From Amoebophrya sp. A120 (taxonomy: Eukaryota > Protista > Dinoflagellata), in the NCBI GenBank assembly GCA_905178155.1, contig CAJINV010000007.1:352597-400635 (forward strand): 48,039 nt of DNA. The letters run 5' to 3'. Position numbers and translations under genes: made by a program. Positions 10,901 through 22,800 of this stretch are shown here, in pieces; within the stretch, counting starts at the first letter, position 1, and every line of letters begins with the position of its first letter. Under the pieces are notes generated by a model. It saw only the letters and a list, made by a program, of their open reading frames with translations. It did no database searches and was not told the DNA's origin.

Positions 10901-13726
10901 TGTCACTTCAATCATAGGGATCCTGCGTCGCCTGAAGTCGTCCCCCCGCTCCCCCTCCTGTGCTGTCTTGCAGCGATCTCCGAATAATCCGCTGCATTGT
11001 CTGCGCCAGCGTTTCCCCCTCTCCCGCCGCTTTTTGTTTACTATTTTCTTGCTCTTTACTCTTTTGCCTTTTTCTTGCTATTGTGCCACCATCCTCCGCC
11101 CCTCTTTTCTTTGAGCCCTTTTCTCCCCCCTCCGGGCTGTTCCTCCTCCTTGCATTTTCACTGTTCCTCTCTCTTCCTCTTTGTCCTGAAGAGCTACTTG
11201 CTCCGCGGCCTTGAGTCGCCCCTGCCTCTTTTGAGTATCTACGATGCCCTCCGTTCGAAAACTCTAAGGAGTACGGTGCTCGCGATGTCAGCGGGTCCAC
11301 TTCTGCGCGTGTTTCTCCGGCCGGCCCTCTTTCCGTCTTGCTTTCCTTTTTTCTTATTTCCTCTTGCTTCTTTGGCTTCCGTTGAGCCGTCGGCTTGTCA
11401 TTTCCTCCCGTACTTCTTACCTCTTTGCCGGTGCTACTCCGCGTTATCCCTATGCTTATGCCCTTGCTTTCTAGCGACGCTCTTGCTTTTGGCTGCACTG
11501 CTGAGAATCTGCCTCCTTGTGCCTCTTTATCGCGCCGCTCCTTTTGCTTTTCATTTATTCTCTGGGCAGCCTCCTTCTCTCCTTTTCCCCCCTTAATTTC
11601 ATTCAGTGCGGGCCTCTGCTGTTTTGCTGGATCGCTTTCCCCTACGGCCAGCCTCTGCTCTGTTCTTTTCTCCTTCGGCCCTTCCGCTGTATTTTGGTTG
11701 CTTTGCATTGCCGCACTACCTATGTCGCTCTCTTCCTCCTCGTCTGCTTGATTTTCTGCACCTGTCCCCTCTTTTTCCCAGATGTAGTTCCGGAGCTCCT
11801 CTGGTAGTAGCCGCCTTTCCTTTCTTTCTATTATCGAGAGCGATAGCGATTGCGCCACTGCTCCCCCTCTGTCGTCCTCTGTACTGTTTTCCCTCGCGTC
11901 CCTTTTGTCTTGCTCGCTCTCTTCTTTCTCCCTTATCATTCGCTCGGCATTCTCCCGTAGTTTATCCATTTCGTCTTCGCCTGCCTTCTTTACTTTCATT
12001 CTCTCCACTAGATGCGCCACCTCTTCACTTTCCTGCTCATCTTTCCACTCTTTGAGTATTCCTCTGATGTCGCTATTCGCTCCAATGTCTTCGGGTTCGT
12101 CTATTCTTGTAAGCTCTTCCGGGCATAGGGCTCCTGTTATAAAGTCTTGCCTTTCAGTCTTTGTCATCTCTGGCCAAGCTTCTACGTCCGGCAACTCTAG
12201 CACTCCTTCTCCGAAGTCATATATCGGCCATATAAGCGATTTTTTATCCATTTCCGACACATCAACGGCCTTGAGAGTCTTGCAGGTTACTATCTCTACG
12301 CCTTCTTCCACCCTCCTCTCTTCTTCCTTCACCTCGAGACTTCCCCTATCGATACACATTCCCGCCGTGCCGCGGTGGCCCTGAAATCGTAGGCGTCTCT
12401 GAGCTTCCTTCTTCTCTATTCCGCAGCTCTTTTCTAGCCTTTCCTCTAATTGTTGGTGTAGTTCTTCTATCTTCTCCGTCAGCAATCACAGATTTTTCCA
12501 TGCTGCAGATTTAGCATGACAAGTTGCAATCTTCCAGACCCAGACATTTTTACATTTGATAAAGGGCTTCGGCTAGAGCTGCTCCGACGTTGAGGTTGAT
12601 CACGGCGGGGCTGGGCACTAGTACTTCCCGTACGACTATCAAATGTAAAAATGTCTGGGTCTGGAAACTTGTAATGCTGAGTTGTGAATAGTGAATGGCA
12701 ATGGTCTGTAATGCTGCATAGCGGCCAAGCATGAGAAATATTTCCGGGGCTTAGTGTTGCGCTTTCCGCATGACAAACTGCGTTTTTGCATGACAAGCAA
12801 AAGGGTCTCTTTCTGGACACGCATCACAGACTTTTTAGTCATGCCAGACAAGCATGACAAACCTTGCACCCTTCCAGACCCAGACATTTTCACATTTGAT
12901 AACGACCTCCAACACGACCGTCGAGAGCCGGGCTGCTGCTTCCGCTCGGCTCGCGTGCCGTCCATCCAAACCGTCCAAGGTGGTGGTTGACCATAACAAG
13001 AAGCTTCTGGTCCACGAGCTGACGCTCCTGCACCGTTGCCCTTTTGAATTGACTCGGAGTAAGCTGGTCTGGGACCACTCCTTGCACGCGGCCTTCGCGC
13101 AAAAACTCCTCCTCCTGCACGAGGAGCCCACACTGCAGCTTGAGAAGCTTCGCCCTCTCCCGACGCAGCTCCGGCAGGGTAAGGGTCCCGAGGCGGGCCG
13201 CAAGCTCCTCCTCCGTCTCGCTTTGCAGAGGATCAACGTCTGGGATGCGGAGGGTTCTTTTACACGACAGGATATCAACATGATTGTCGACCGCGAGAAG
13301 CTTCTCGTTCACCGAGAGAAGCTTCGGAATGTGCGACAGAAGCAGTTCTCGGTTCTTCCGCAGAAGCTCGTCCTCCATTGTCTCTGCTGCAGGCGCCGAA
13401 AGACGCTCCTCGCCTCCCACCTGCAGAAGAGGGTCATGCTCCTCCTCGATGCCGCGATAAAGGCGTTCCTCGTTAAGAGTTGAGCGAAGTTGCAACAGAT
13501 TGGCCAGCTCTTCTGCATCTACCGTTCCCAGAGCAGCTGCGCTCCCCAGACGTACCGCCCCGACCGACTGTGGGCAGCCCGCAAGAAGAGCTGCAGCAGC
13601 ACCGGCTGCAAAGATCGACGTAACTACCCTTGCAGCGAGCGGAAAACATGCGGACGTGCAGCTACCCCCGCTGGCACGCAGAGAAATAAACCTCTTGGCT
13701 TTGAAATTGTTCATCGTCATTTTCAA
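7909..13726 (-). CDS. Unknown signal-peptide/coiled-coil protein, paralog 3
   Basis: ORF 12890-13726 plus exon 12631-12562 plus exon 7934-7909. Spliced C-terminus RRSSSSRSPSGGCKGKP* resembles the paralog 2 tail SRSRSPSQCRLRP. Confidence 0.75.
8140..8790. ncRNA. Candidate structured non-coding segment (family unknown)
   Basis: Several perfect stems (8169-75/8196-202, 8244-52/8269-77, 8675-82/8705-12, 8395-404/8775-84), repeated 13-mer CCGTACGGAAGGG, no long ORF. Confidence 0.3.
10440..10497. repeat. Three copies of CTTTTGTAAGGC
   Basis: Read directly from sequence. Confidence 0.85.
10908..12485 (-). CDS. Intronless E/K/R-rich ORF inside the giant introner, apparently 5'-truncated; function unknown
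   Basis: 525-codon open frame with strong purine bias on the coding strand, starting at the cargo/introner junction; no domain recognised. Confidence 0.5.
   Translation of the reverse strand: MLTEKIEELHQQLEERLEKSCGIEKKEAQRRLRFQGHRGTAGMCIDRGSLEVKEEERRVEEGVEIVTCKTLKAVDVSEMDKKSLIWPIYDFGEGVLELPDVEAWPEMTKTERQDFITGALCPEELTRIDEPEDIGANSDIRGILKEWKDEQESEEVAHLVERMKVKKAGEDEMDKLRENAERMIREKEESEQDKRDARENSTEDDRGGAVAQSLSLSIIERKERRLLPEELRNYIWEKEGTGAENQADEEEESDIGSAAMQSNQNTAEGPKEKRTEQRLAVGESDPAKQQRPALNEIKGGKGEKEAAQRINEKQKERRDKEAQGGRFSAVQPKARASLESKGISIGITRSSTGKEVRSTGGNDKPTAQRKPKKQEEIRKKESKTERGPAGETRAEVDPLTSRAPYSLEFSNGGHRRYSKEAGATQGRGASSSSGQRGRERNSENARRRNSPEGGEKGSKKRGAEDGGTIARKRQKSKEQENSKQKAAGEGETLAQTMQRIIRRSLQDSTGGGAGGRLQATQDPYD
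12637..12901. mobile_element. Introner family A
   Basis: TATCAAATGTAAAAATGTCTGGGTCTGGAA TIRs; TSD ACGAC. Confidence 0.93.
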
Positions 13727-14839
13727 ATTGACGGCTTAGATATCGACGTCAAATAGTTACTTATACAACCTCCCGTGAGCTTAACTGCAGAAAAACAAGA
13801 ATGTTGATTTGATATTTTTGATAGATGATATGGATAGAAAAAAGTTGTTGTTTAAAATGAGATGACTCAAGCGGAAAGTTCTACAGACGAGCGGGCGGTG
13901 AAAAGCTTCAACATACACTTCTTCCGTGCGCGTGATACTACGACCACAATTGCTGTTCTGAGTTGTAAGTGCTTACAGTCGATACGCTACAGGTTCCGTA
14001 AGTACCACAACGACCGAGCATTGTTCGCACTTCTGTGCCGATACACTGATCAAGAATCATTGGCCCGCTGTTTGATCTTTATTTTTGTGTGATCACTGCT
14101 CGGGCAAGAACTGCAGCCGACGTGTTCCGATTCTGTGCTGACACGTGCGCCGTGAAAGCCGCGCACTTCATCGAAAACGGAAAGTCGAGCACTTGTTTGA
14201 ATTTTTTGATCCAGGAATTCAAATTTTCACTTCCTGTACGCATCACTTTCAGCAAGAACTGACATTCCGAGTTGTTCGGCCGCGATTCTACAATTTCTTT
14301 GTTTTTCCAGTGTGAACACTACTGCCTCCCTGTCGAAACTCGGCCTGGTACAGGTTCGAAGCAGGACAACTCGTCCGTAGCAGGACAACTCGTCTCATCA
14401 TCCGTACCAGGACAACTCGTCTTCTCCGTGCTGTACTTACTCTATGTAGAATCTTCTTCTTTCCTACACAATGATTCTTTCCCTCACTACAAGCCCAAAA
14501 CAGGAATGTCGTCTGTGAAATCAATAACACTGTCGCTACTTCTTCGAGCGAGAAGCAAAATTCGCGGCTTCTGAAAAGATCAAGACCGGAACACTTCGCG
14601 GTCACATCCCTTTCAGAACCTACTTTTGTGAAGACCAGGGTTAGATGAGAAATAATAAACTCTCCTCGAGTACTAGAATGGAGGGCAGGGACCACGACGA
14701 TGTTGATACTAGTACTTGGCATGGTACGGAATAACAGCAGCTCCATCGTGATTGGCGTTTTTTCTCTACTTGAGCAAGAACTGCAACAACAACAAACAAC
14801 ACTCAACCGCTCAACTTCCGCAAAAGGAAGAACCTTCCT

Positions 14840-15340
14840 CGCAACTCATGAGAGGGGCCTTCTTGGTCTCCGGTCCTCGGTCCTCAGTCGCTCACAAGGG
14901 AATACTTGAAGAGCTAAGAAGGTCGAAAGCTGAGACACATGAAAGGGAGTTTCTTGGTCTCCGGTCCTCGGTCCTCAGTCCCTCGCATGGTAATACATGA
15001 CGAGATAAGAATGTAGAAAGCTGAGACACATGAAAGGGGGTTTCTTGGTTTCCGGTCCTCGGTCCTCAGTCCCTCGCAAGGTAATACCTGACGAGATAAG
15101 AAGGTAGAAAGCTGAGACACATGAAAGGGGGTTTCTTGGTCTCCGGTCCTCGGTCCTCAGTCCCTCGCAAGGTAATGGCTGACGAGATAAGAAGGCAGAA
15201 AGCCCAGACACATAGGAGGGGGCTTGTTGGTCTCCCATCCTCGGCCCCCAGTCCCTCGCGAGGCAATATATAAAGAGAGAAGAAAGGAGAAGGGGGACAC
15301 ACATGAGCGGGAGTCTGTTGGCCTCCGGTCCTCGGTCCGG
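14840..15340 (+). repeat. ~91-bp tandem repeat array (left TIR)
   Basis: Core GGTCTCCGGTCCTCGGTCCTCA, ~5-6 copies; GAGACACAT at 14932, 15023 and 15114. Confidence 0.92.
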
Positions 15341-18300
15341 ACGCCCGCGAAAGTGCGGAGCTTTTTCGTGTGTTTTTTGTTATTTTTTCGCTCGCCAGTT
15401 ACAGTTCTGGAGGAGCAAGTCGCTGGGGCCATGTCGGCCGCCATTGGAAGAATTCAGGCGCGCGCGCCCTTTTTCTTCTTCAGAGCTGTAGCACCGTTGA
15501 AGGCGATGGAGGTGCTCTGAGCTGTCGCTGCGAAAAGCCGCCCGATTCTCTATGGCGAACGCACTCGATAAAGCTAGGGCCCCTGCGATCCTCCGGCGGC
15601 ACACTCGGCCCAGCGTTGCTCCTCCTACGAAATCGCAGGCAGATCATCAACACCACCCCAATATGGCACCTCGCTCCTCTTCAAAACAGCAGGAGTGCCG
15701 CAACAGTGGCAGCAGTCAATCAAGAGCGCTCTCGAAGGTCATTTTTGAGGATCTGCAGCGCTACGGTAGTAGCAGCCAGAAGAGCACCGCGGAGGAAATC
15801 AACCGCAATCGCGTTGGTTCTGAGGTCCTTCCCAAGCGAGCAGATCGGGAAGTTTAAAAGTGGCACCGTCGTCACAGCTTTGACGATCCCGATAATTAAA
15901 TCAAGTTAAGAATCAGAAGCAGGCCACACGGCATAACGGGCGAGGTCCGGTCTCTAGAGTTATCCAAATGGATGGAGATGAAAGCAATGGGCCTTGAACA
16001 TTTGACGCCATGCCCAGGCACGAGAGAAAAAAAGCGAGAAAGCTATCCAAGCCAGGCGATCGGCCATTTGTCTTCCGTGGCAGTATTCTTCTGGGCTTGT
16101 CAAGTATCAGGCTCCTGCTTCAGCAGCAGCAGCACCCTGCGAGCTTTACTACGGCTCTTACGAAGCGAAAGGGCCGAGCTGTCGCGGTTTGAGCAATGCC
16201 GTCGAGCAAGATAATACGAGGGATCACGTTGGCGGATTGCAGTTTACTTCTCGGCTTTCTGCAATGTGCAGAGCGGAGCGCTCCCATCCTTTACAGAAAG
16301 TCCGCTACTTGCTCCAATATGACACAGATTGAGATAGTGAGAAGATCAACGCACCCACTTCAGACCAATTCGGCGCAGAAGATCAGCACCGCCTTCAAAT
16401 GCATCCAGATCCGTTTTCTTATTCTACGACTTTCATCCACCACGCAGGCCGGTTTTTTTTCATTTCCCAAAACCAAAGCAGGACAGGGAAGCTGATAGAC
16501 TCACTTACAGCCCAGACCTCACAGCTCGGCGCATCATCATCAGAACGCGCACGATCGGAGGCGGCGGAATTGTGGACGCGGATGTCAGGGCGAAAGTATA
16601 TCTCCTCCCAAGTTGTTGACTAGTAGACTGCTTCCGAGGTGGCCCCTTTTCATTTCTACTCCGCCGACACTGGCAAAGAAAAGCGTAGAAGTGGAGCGAA
16701 GTGACTACGTGCGATCGAGTGAGAGAGCGAAACGGACTGACTATGTGCGAAGAACAGCCCAGGAACAAAGGCCGCGACTATGTGCGAAGGAGTGGGAGAC
16801 AGCGAGTCTAAGTGGGTAGCAAGCGAGTCGGGCACTGCCCTACTCGCCTGCCTGATGTCTTTCCGCAGCGCTCGCAGTCGAACTCTCGGCCAAGTTGGTC
16901 CCTCGCTGTTTTGACGCGACGGAACGAAGCAGAGGACGCGCGCGAGACAGCGTCACTAGTCGGCTTCACTTGCCGGGCAAGCTTTCCCAAACCGACACTG
17001 GCTAAAGCGTAGAAGTGAGGCGAGGCGACTCTGAGCGAAAGAGTGGGCGAAGTGAAGCGACTACGTGCGAAGCACAGCCCCGGATCAAAGAGCGTGGCGG
17101 TGTGCGGCGATTTCTCGCCGTTTTGAGTTTGACGCGACGGAGCCGACCGAGGTGGGCAGTTCCATTTGGACGCCTTCTTGTGCCACCATCGTCGCCGGTG
17201 TGTGATGATGGTGCTGGTGTACATATGTCGAGCAAGAGAAGATCTCTCTTGCCACTCATGTCACAAAGAAAGTCGGGCGCGCCGCGCAGATGTCGGCCAA
17301 CGGCGCTCGCGTATATCGGTCACCGACCGGCTGAGAAGGCCGGCGATGTCTTTTGAGTTCGGTCCTTGGTGTACTTTTACACGAAGAAACTGCGCGCGCA
17401 TTTGAATGTGGAAGGAGTTTCCGAAAGTCGGCGCGCCTATAAATACCTAGTGCCGCGCGGGGAAAACCTGTCCAAAAGCGTGCGCCCGTGTGCCGTAGCC
17501 CGAGCGCAGCGCCATCATCATCAAAATGCGGCAGGTTTTTTTCCAGCAAGCGGCGGCCTACAACGCTCCGGAGATTTCCTGCAAGCTACGGAGGCAGGCG
17601 GCAGGCAGGTAAGTTCCCTCGCGTGCAACGACACGAGTATCAGCATCGCCTTGCTTCGCCACCTTTTGCTTTTTGCGGGGCCGCAGAAATGCTCGCCAAC
17701 GGCCAACCCACGCACTCGCTGCGGGTCGCGCGGTGCTGTGATTTCACAGGAGGAGACCCTGGCGCTGCAGTTGCTGCGCGTCTGTGTCGCTACTGGATCG
17801 ATGTCATCAAGGATGTGCGGCTACTTGCTCCACGTGAGTGATGGCGTATCTATATGCGCGCGGGCTACTGACTGGCAAAATGCAGCCTTTTTTCGTAAGA
17901 GAACGCCACCCCCTTCGCTTCGTTCCAGCGCGCAAACTTTGGGCCATTTTGTAAGATTTCAGCTCTTTCTTACACTAAGAACGCAACACAGTCCGGCCAA
18001 ATGGGCTCGCGCGCTGACAAGCCTGCCGGGCCCGAAGGGTATTTGCCTGCATGCTGTTGGATGGCCCCACCAACCAAGGCCAACCAACATCGGCGGAAGG
18101 TGGTGCCGTACCAACGGGCCGCCCGCCGCTGGCCAGACGGTGCACAACCAGGGACCACATTAGCAACGCTAGCAGCGCAGCCGAAAGGGGGGCGAAGCAA
18201 GCAGTTTTCAGCTACACGGACCGGCTTTCGTCAGCGGCGGCATGGATGTCGTTGCGCACGAGGTCCCCCGGGGGGGGGTGCCGAAAGAGGCCGGCGCGTT

Positions 18301-18719
18301 TTTTTTTCGTTTTCCCATCCGGCCCGGCGGTGGGCAGTTGACTACCCCTCGCGAGGGCCCTGAAGGTGGCAGCGGAGGGGGAACCAACGCCATCAGAGGA
18401 GAAGCGGCGCGAGCTCGGCATGATCGCGCCGTCGGTCGAGAAAGATCTCTGGGCGCGCAAAACGAGCTGTATCCGGGCGCTGTAGCTGTACTATAATAGC
18501 AGAGCGGATGGAAGTCGACTTCTCAGACACAGCGGCATCGGCTTCGGAGCCACATGCGCCGGCGCAAAAGTGGGAACGCCAGTCGGCCCGCGTCTGGGAC
18601 GGCAGCACAGCGGCTCGCGGAGTCTGTAGATGTGCTGTGAATCGCTGCAGCGGGCCAGCACTTTGCGAGGGAGGTACTAGCAACACCGGCGGGCCGGCTA
18701 CCGGGACCGGAGGCCACAA

Positions 18720-19200
18720 ACCTCCCTCATATGTGTCTGTTGTTTCTACCTTCTTGTCCCGTCGCGTATTAATTGCCCCCAGATGAACTGAGGCCCGAGG
18801 ACCGGAGACCATCGGCCTCCTTCTTATGTGTCTGGCGCTTTTGCCTTCTTATCTCGTCATATATTACCTCGCGACGAAGTGGGGACCGAGGACCGGAGAC
18901 CAACGCCCTCCTTCTTATGTGTCTGGCGCTTCTACCTTCTTATCGCGTCATATATTACCTCGCGATGGAGTGAGGACCGAGGACCGGAGACCACCAGCCT
19001 CCTTCTTATGTGTCTGGTGTTTCTCCCTTCTTATCTCCTCATATATTACCTCGTGATGGAATGAGGACCGAGGACCGGAGACCAACAACCTCCTTCTTAT
19101 GTGTCTGGCGCTTCTCCCTTCTTATCTCCTCATATATTACCTCGTGATGGAGTGAGGACCGAGGACCGGAGACCAACAACCTCCTCTTTATGTGTGTCAA
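18720..19200 (-). repeat. ~91-bp tandem repeat array (right TIR, inverted)
   Basis: Core GAGGACCGAGGACCGGAGACC, ~5 copies; reverse complement of the left array. Confidence 0.92.
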
Positions 19201-19842
19201 GTGTCTGCCATTTTATGTAGTGCGTTGCTCTAAATGAGATTCCTTTAGGCTCTTCTGTCGTTACTTTTTCAATTCCTTTTAGAGCAAAAACACGAAACAC
19301 GATGGAGCTGCTGTTATTCCGTGCCATGCCTAGTACTTGCGGCGATTTATCCGTCTTGCCGGGAGGACGAGATTATTCTTGTTTGCTGCCAGGTGTGCTA
19401 GGTGGAGTGGTCCGCCGTTAGGGAATACAAATCGGAGGATGAGAATCAATTAAGCTGTTCTCGGAAGATGTTGAGAATCAAGCTGCTCTTGTCGGTCTGC
19501 TTCACTCGTTTATTTTCCTCGTGAGGAGACCACACTTTACTTTCGTCCAAAATAACACCACTCGCGCGACATTTATTTCCGTAACACAACCAAAAGCCCA
19601 TAATTCCTTCTTCCTTCATTTTGGTCATCTGCGACCGGAAAATGATTTTTCGCCAAAACGACAAACTGGTTTGTTTCCCCTACTGATGTTGACTTCTTTT
19701 TTCAATGAGGAATGGTGAAAGTTATATCTCTTCGACGTCCTGTTCGGCATCACAAATGATCCGTAGACCACCCTGTAGATTTACTTGTTCGCTACAACTT
19801 CTACCGCGAGGACTACACCTGCTTTCTTGCATTCCTCATCCA

Positions 19843-22800
19843 TCATCCCAGATTCGTGATAAACAGAATCATTTCATCCAAATCCGGCCCTGCAAACTCG
19901 TACGCCTTCCATGCCTTCTCCAGCGGAACGCCCATGGACATGCACTGGATGACCGCGTCGGGGACTTGCTTGTTGGGATCTACTTGTGATGCAGATGCAG
20001 AAGATAAACCACCAGCATGCGTATTTATTCCCGTGCTTGTTCCCGCCGAAGATGTTGCTTCCGACACCGGCTCCTTCCCGCTCGGTGGCGCGGCAGCCGT
20101 CTTTCCCTGTTCTGCGTTCGTTGCAGTTGTAGATCCTGCGTTACTTTTTACGCCCATCGACAGTAGCAGTGCCTCCTGCAACAGTATTACAATGAAAAAC
20201 GCCCCCACCCCATACCCAAAAGACAGTTTGTGTTGCTGGATTTGTGTACACAAATGAACTTTGTATTGCAGCAAGAACTTTTTGGCATACTCTAAGCCTT
20301 TTTGGGTACTACGCATCCGGCTAGCAGCTGCGCATGAGAAACAAGTCTAACATTGGCGAAAACGCATGACAGACTGGTTGCACAATGCGCCAGATGTGTG
20401 CCGTTTGCCTTGTACGCACGACAAGGCTGATTTGTGGTCACAAATCAGCATCACAAATTTCCTTTTCGATATGGAGAGGGGAGATTTTTCCTCACAATAA
20501 ACAGCGCCTCATCGTCGGTGGAAGCAGAGGAGGAAGGTTGCTGCAGCGTCTGTGGTATGCATTGCAAAAGTACCACACTCGTAGTAATTCTAATTGAAGA
20601 CATGCATGACAAATTATCGCCTTCCTAAGCTAAAACAGCATTACAGATTCCCTGCTCTGGCGTGCTGAGATGAAAATTTGATGTATTGCGATAACTACTA
20701 CTAGTACGAGACTTTTGCAATCCATATGTTGCTGCTGAAGCTGCAGATTTATCCCCGCCGCTGGCGCGTCCGCGCTGGTAGTAGACATGGAAGATGTTAC
20801 AGCAGTTGGGATGAAAGGGTATTGCAATGAAAACTGCCCCCATCCCCGAACTTGGGAGCATTTGTATTGCAAACCTTTCCAAATGAAACACTCGACCTCT
20901 TGCATCTATCAGCATCACAGATTGCCAGTCGTGAATAGCGAGAATTTGCATTGCAAAAAATCCCAGCAAGCGAAGCGCTTGTGATGCAAGCGATGCGATA
21001 CACGGCTAGACTCTGCATCAGAAAGATTCATACTCCTTTCATGCATGACAAAAAGTTTTCACTTGGAAACTTCGCATCACAAATTATTGCAACTTTGGGG
21101 GTGGGGGCATTTTTCACTGTAATAAAGAGGTGCTGTTGTCCAGACTCGCCATCAGTGCCTTCTTGAGCTCCATCTATCGCGGGGAAAAATCCCCCCTCCC
21201 CATATCGAACAGCACGCCTCAGAAAATTTGTAACGCGGATTCGTGGCCACAAATCGCGTCTGTCTTGCAAGAAGGCAACCCCACAGACTCCGCCGCATTA
21301 TGCCGGCGGTCTGTGATGCTGGTGGGCCTACAGAATAGACGTTTCTCATGCTAAACGCCTAGACCAGCTCCTCTCTACTCAGGCGTGATATGGGCCTGTA
21401 GACCTTCACTGCAAGACACAGCTGACTTGTGTACGCAAATCCAGCATCAGAAACTTCGTTCCGATATGGGAAGGCGGGATTTTTCCTCCTGATACCATCT
21501 CCTCCTGTTTCTGCAGTTGCTCCAGGGATTCCTGTTGCGCCTTTTGCATGAACTCGGACTCGAGCTTGAAATTCGCCTCGTTCGCCTGCCGTTGCTGAAG
21601 CAGCAAAGGGTCCTGACCGGCAGCGGTGCTCGGTGCGTTCGTCGTCAACGGAGAAGCATTCATTTGTAGAAGGTTCGAAGCGGAGGTTGTAGTAGTAGAG
21701 GGATTCGCTGCACGACTGGTGCCCGCTTGCAAGCCGCCCTGGTGCGCCATTTGTTCCAACTCCCGCTGCCTCCTCATCGCTTCCTTCGCGCGTAAGTGCT
21801 GCTCCTTCCGAATTTGTATTGCGAAATCCTCCACGGACCCCGCGTCTTCCAGCCGCCAGCTGATGCTGTGTTCGGGCGAGTTGGTTTTTTTCAAAAAACG
21901 GGTCCGAACTTTCCCGATCTGCGGAGCGCGAGCGTTCCAGGTGTTCATGTCGCGGAGGCTGTTGTAGTGGGATTGCCCCCGGTAGGTCAAGCGGATGACC
22001 GTGTAATTTAATCTGTGAAAGTCGAAGCTATCCTCATCCTCCTGCTTCGACTTCTTCCTATCTGCCTGTGCTTGTCGTTGCGGATGCTGGTGCGCAGCTC
22101 GACTGAAGCTAGTTGCACTACCAGCTGCTGATGCTGGGGGGTAGGAAGCGAAATTTACATTTTGCTGTTGCTGCATGAAGAGCAGGGGGTTATTATTGTA
22201 GTTGGCCGCGTAATTATTGTTCTGCGGATTGTTGTTCGAACTGCTACTTGAGCTCGCGCTACCACCTCCGCTATTGTTCACAACATTCGCCGCACCAGAT
22301 CCACCCACCGCGGATACTGCGTGTGACCAGGCGGATTGCGCTGCTAAATCGTCCTCTATTTCCTGCATCGGATTGAAGTTTGAATTGGAGAAATTCGGGT
22401 TCACAGCTGTACTTATAGTTGTGCTACCTCCACCTGGTTGATGTACGAAAGGTGAACCGCCAGCATTTATCGGCCCTTTCGCGCTGCTCATTCCGGAGTG
22501 CTCGTGGAAGGTTTTATCAAAAGGAAAAAAGCCCCCACCCCATACTCCAAGCGAGATTTGTGTAGCGTGATTTGTGATCACAAGTTGTAACGCTGTCATG
22601 CTAGAAGAGATGTAGAGATGCGGACTGCAGTGCTGGCTGGCGTAGGAAAGCCTTGCGTCTTCAGCATGACAGGAACGAACTTGAAACGGGAAACAGCATG
22701 AAAACTTGCCTGCAAACGCGGGAGCAGCTGCGTCTCCTGGCCTTCTAGCAATACAAATCGAATTGTGTCAACTCAAATACAGCATCACAAATTTCGTTTT

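Larger units (their letters stand above)
7940..12561. mobile_element. Giant (4622 bp) family-A introner carrying a ~4.4-kb internal insert
   Basis: Left TIR TATCAAGTGTAAAAATGTCTGGGTCTGGAAG at 7940, right TIR CTTCCAGACCCAGACATTTTTACATTTGATA ending 12561, TSD AAGGG at 7935-7939 and 12562-12566; no other family-A TIR seen between them. Confidence 0.85.
14719..19329. mobile_element. Mutator/Foldback-like element with ~600-bp modular TIRs
   Basis: Termini GCATGGTACGGAATAACAGCAGCTCCATCGTG / CACGATGGAGCTGCTGTTATTCCGTGCCATGC; 10-bp direct repeat CTAGTACTTG at 14709-14718 and 19330-19339; inverted arrays of ~91-bp units. Confidence 0.8.

Noticed and set aside
10818-12384. Plus-strand S/F/L-rich ORFs
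   Set aside because: Antisense shadows of the purine-rich minus-strand ORF.
17030-17075. ERVGEVKRL as a tyrosine recombinase catalytic Arg motif
   Set aside because: It lies in an internal repeat also present at ~16680-16790 and is preceded by stop codons.
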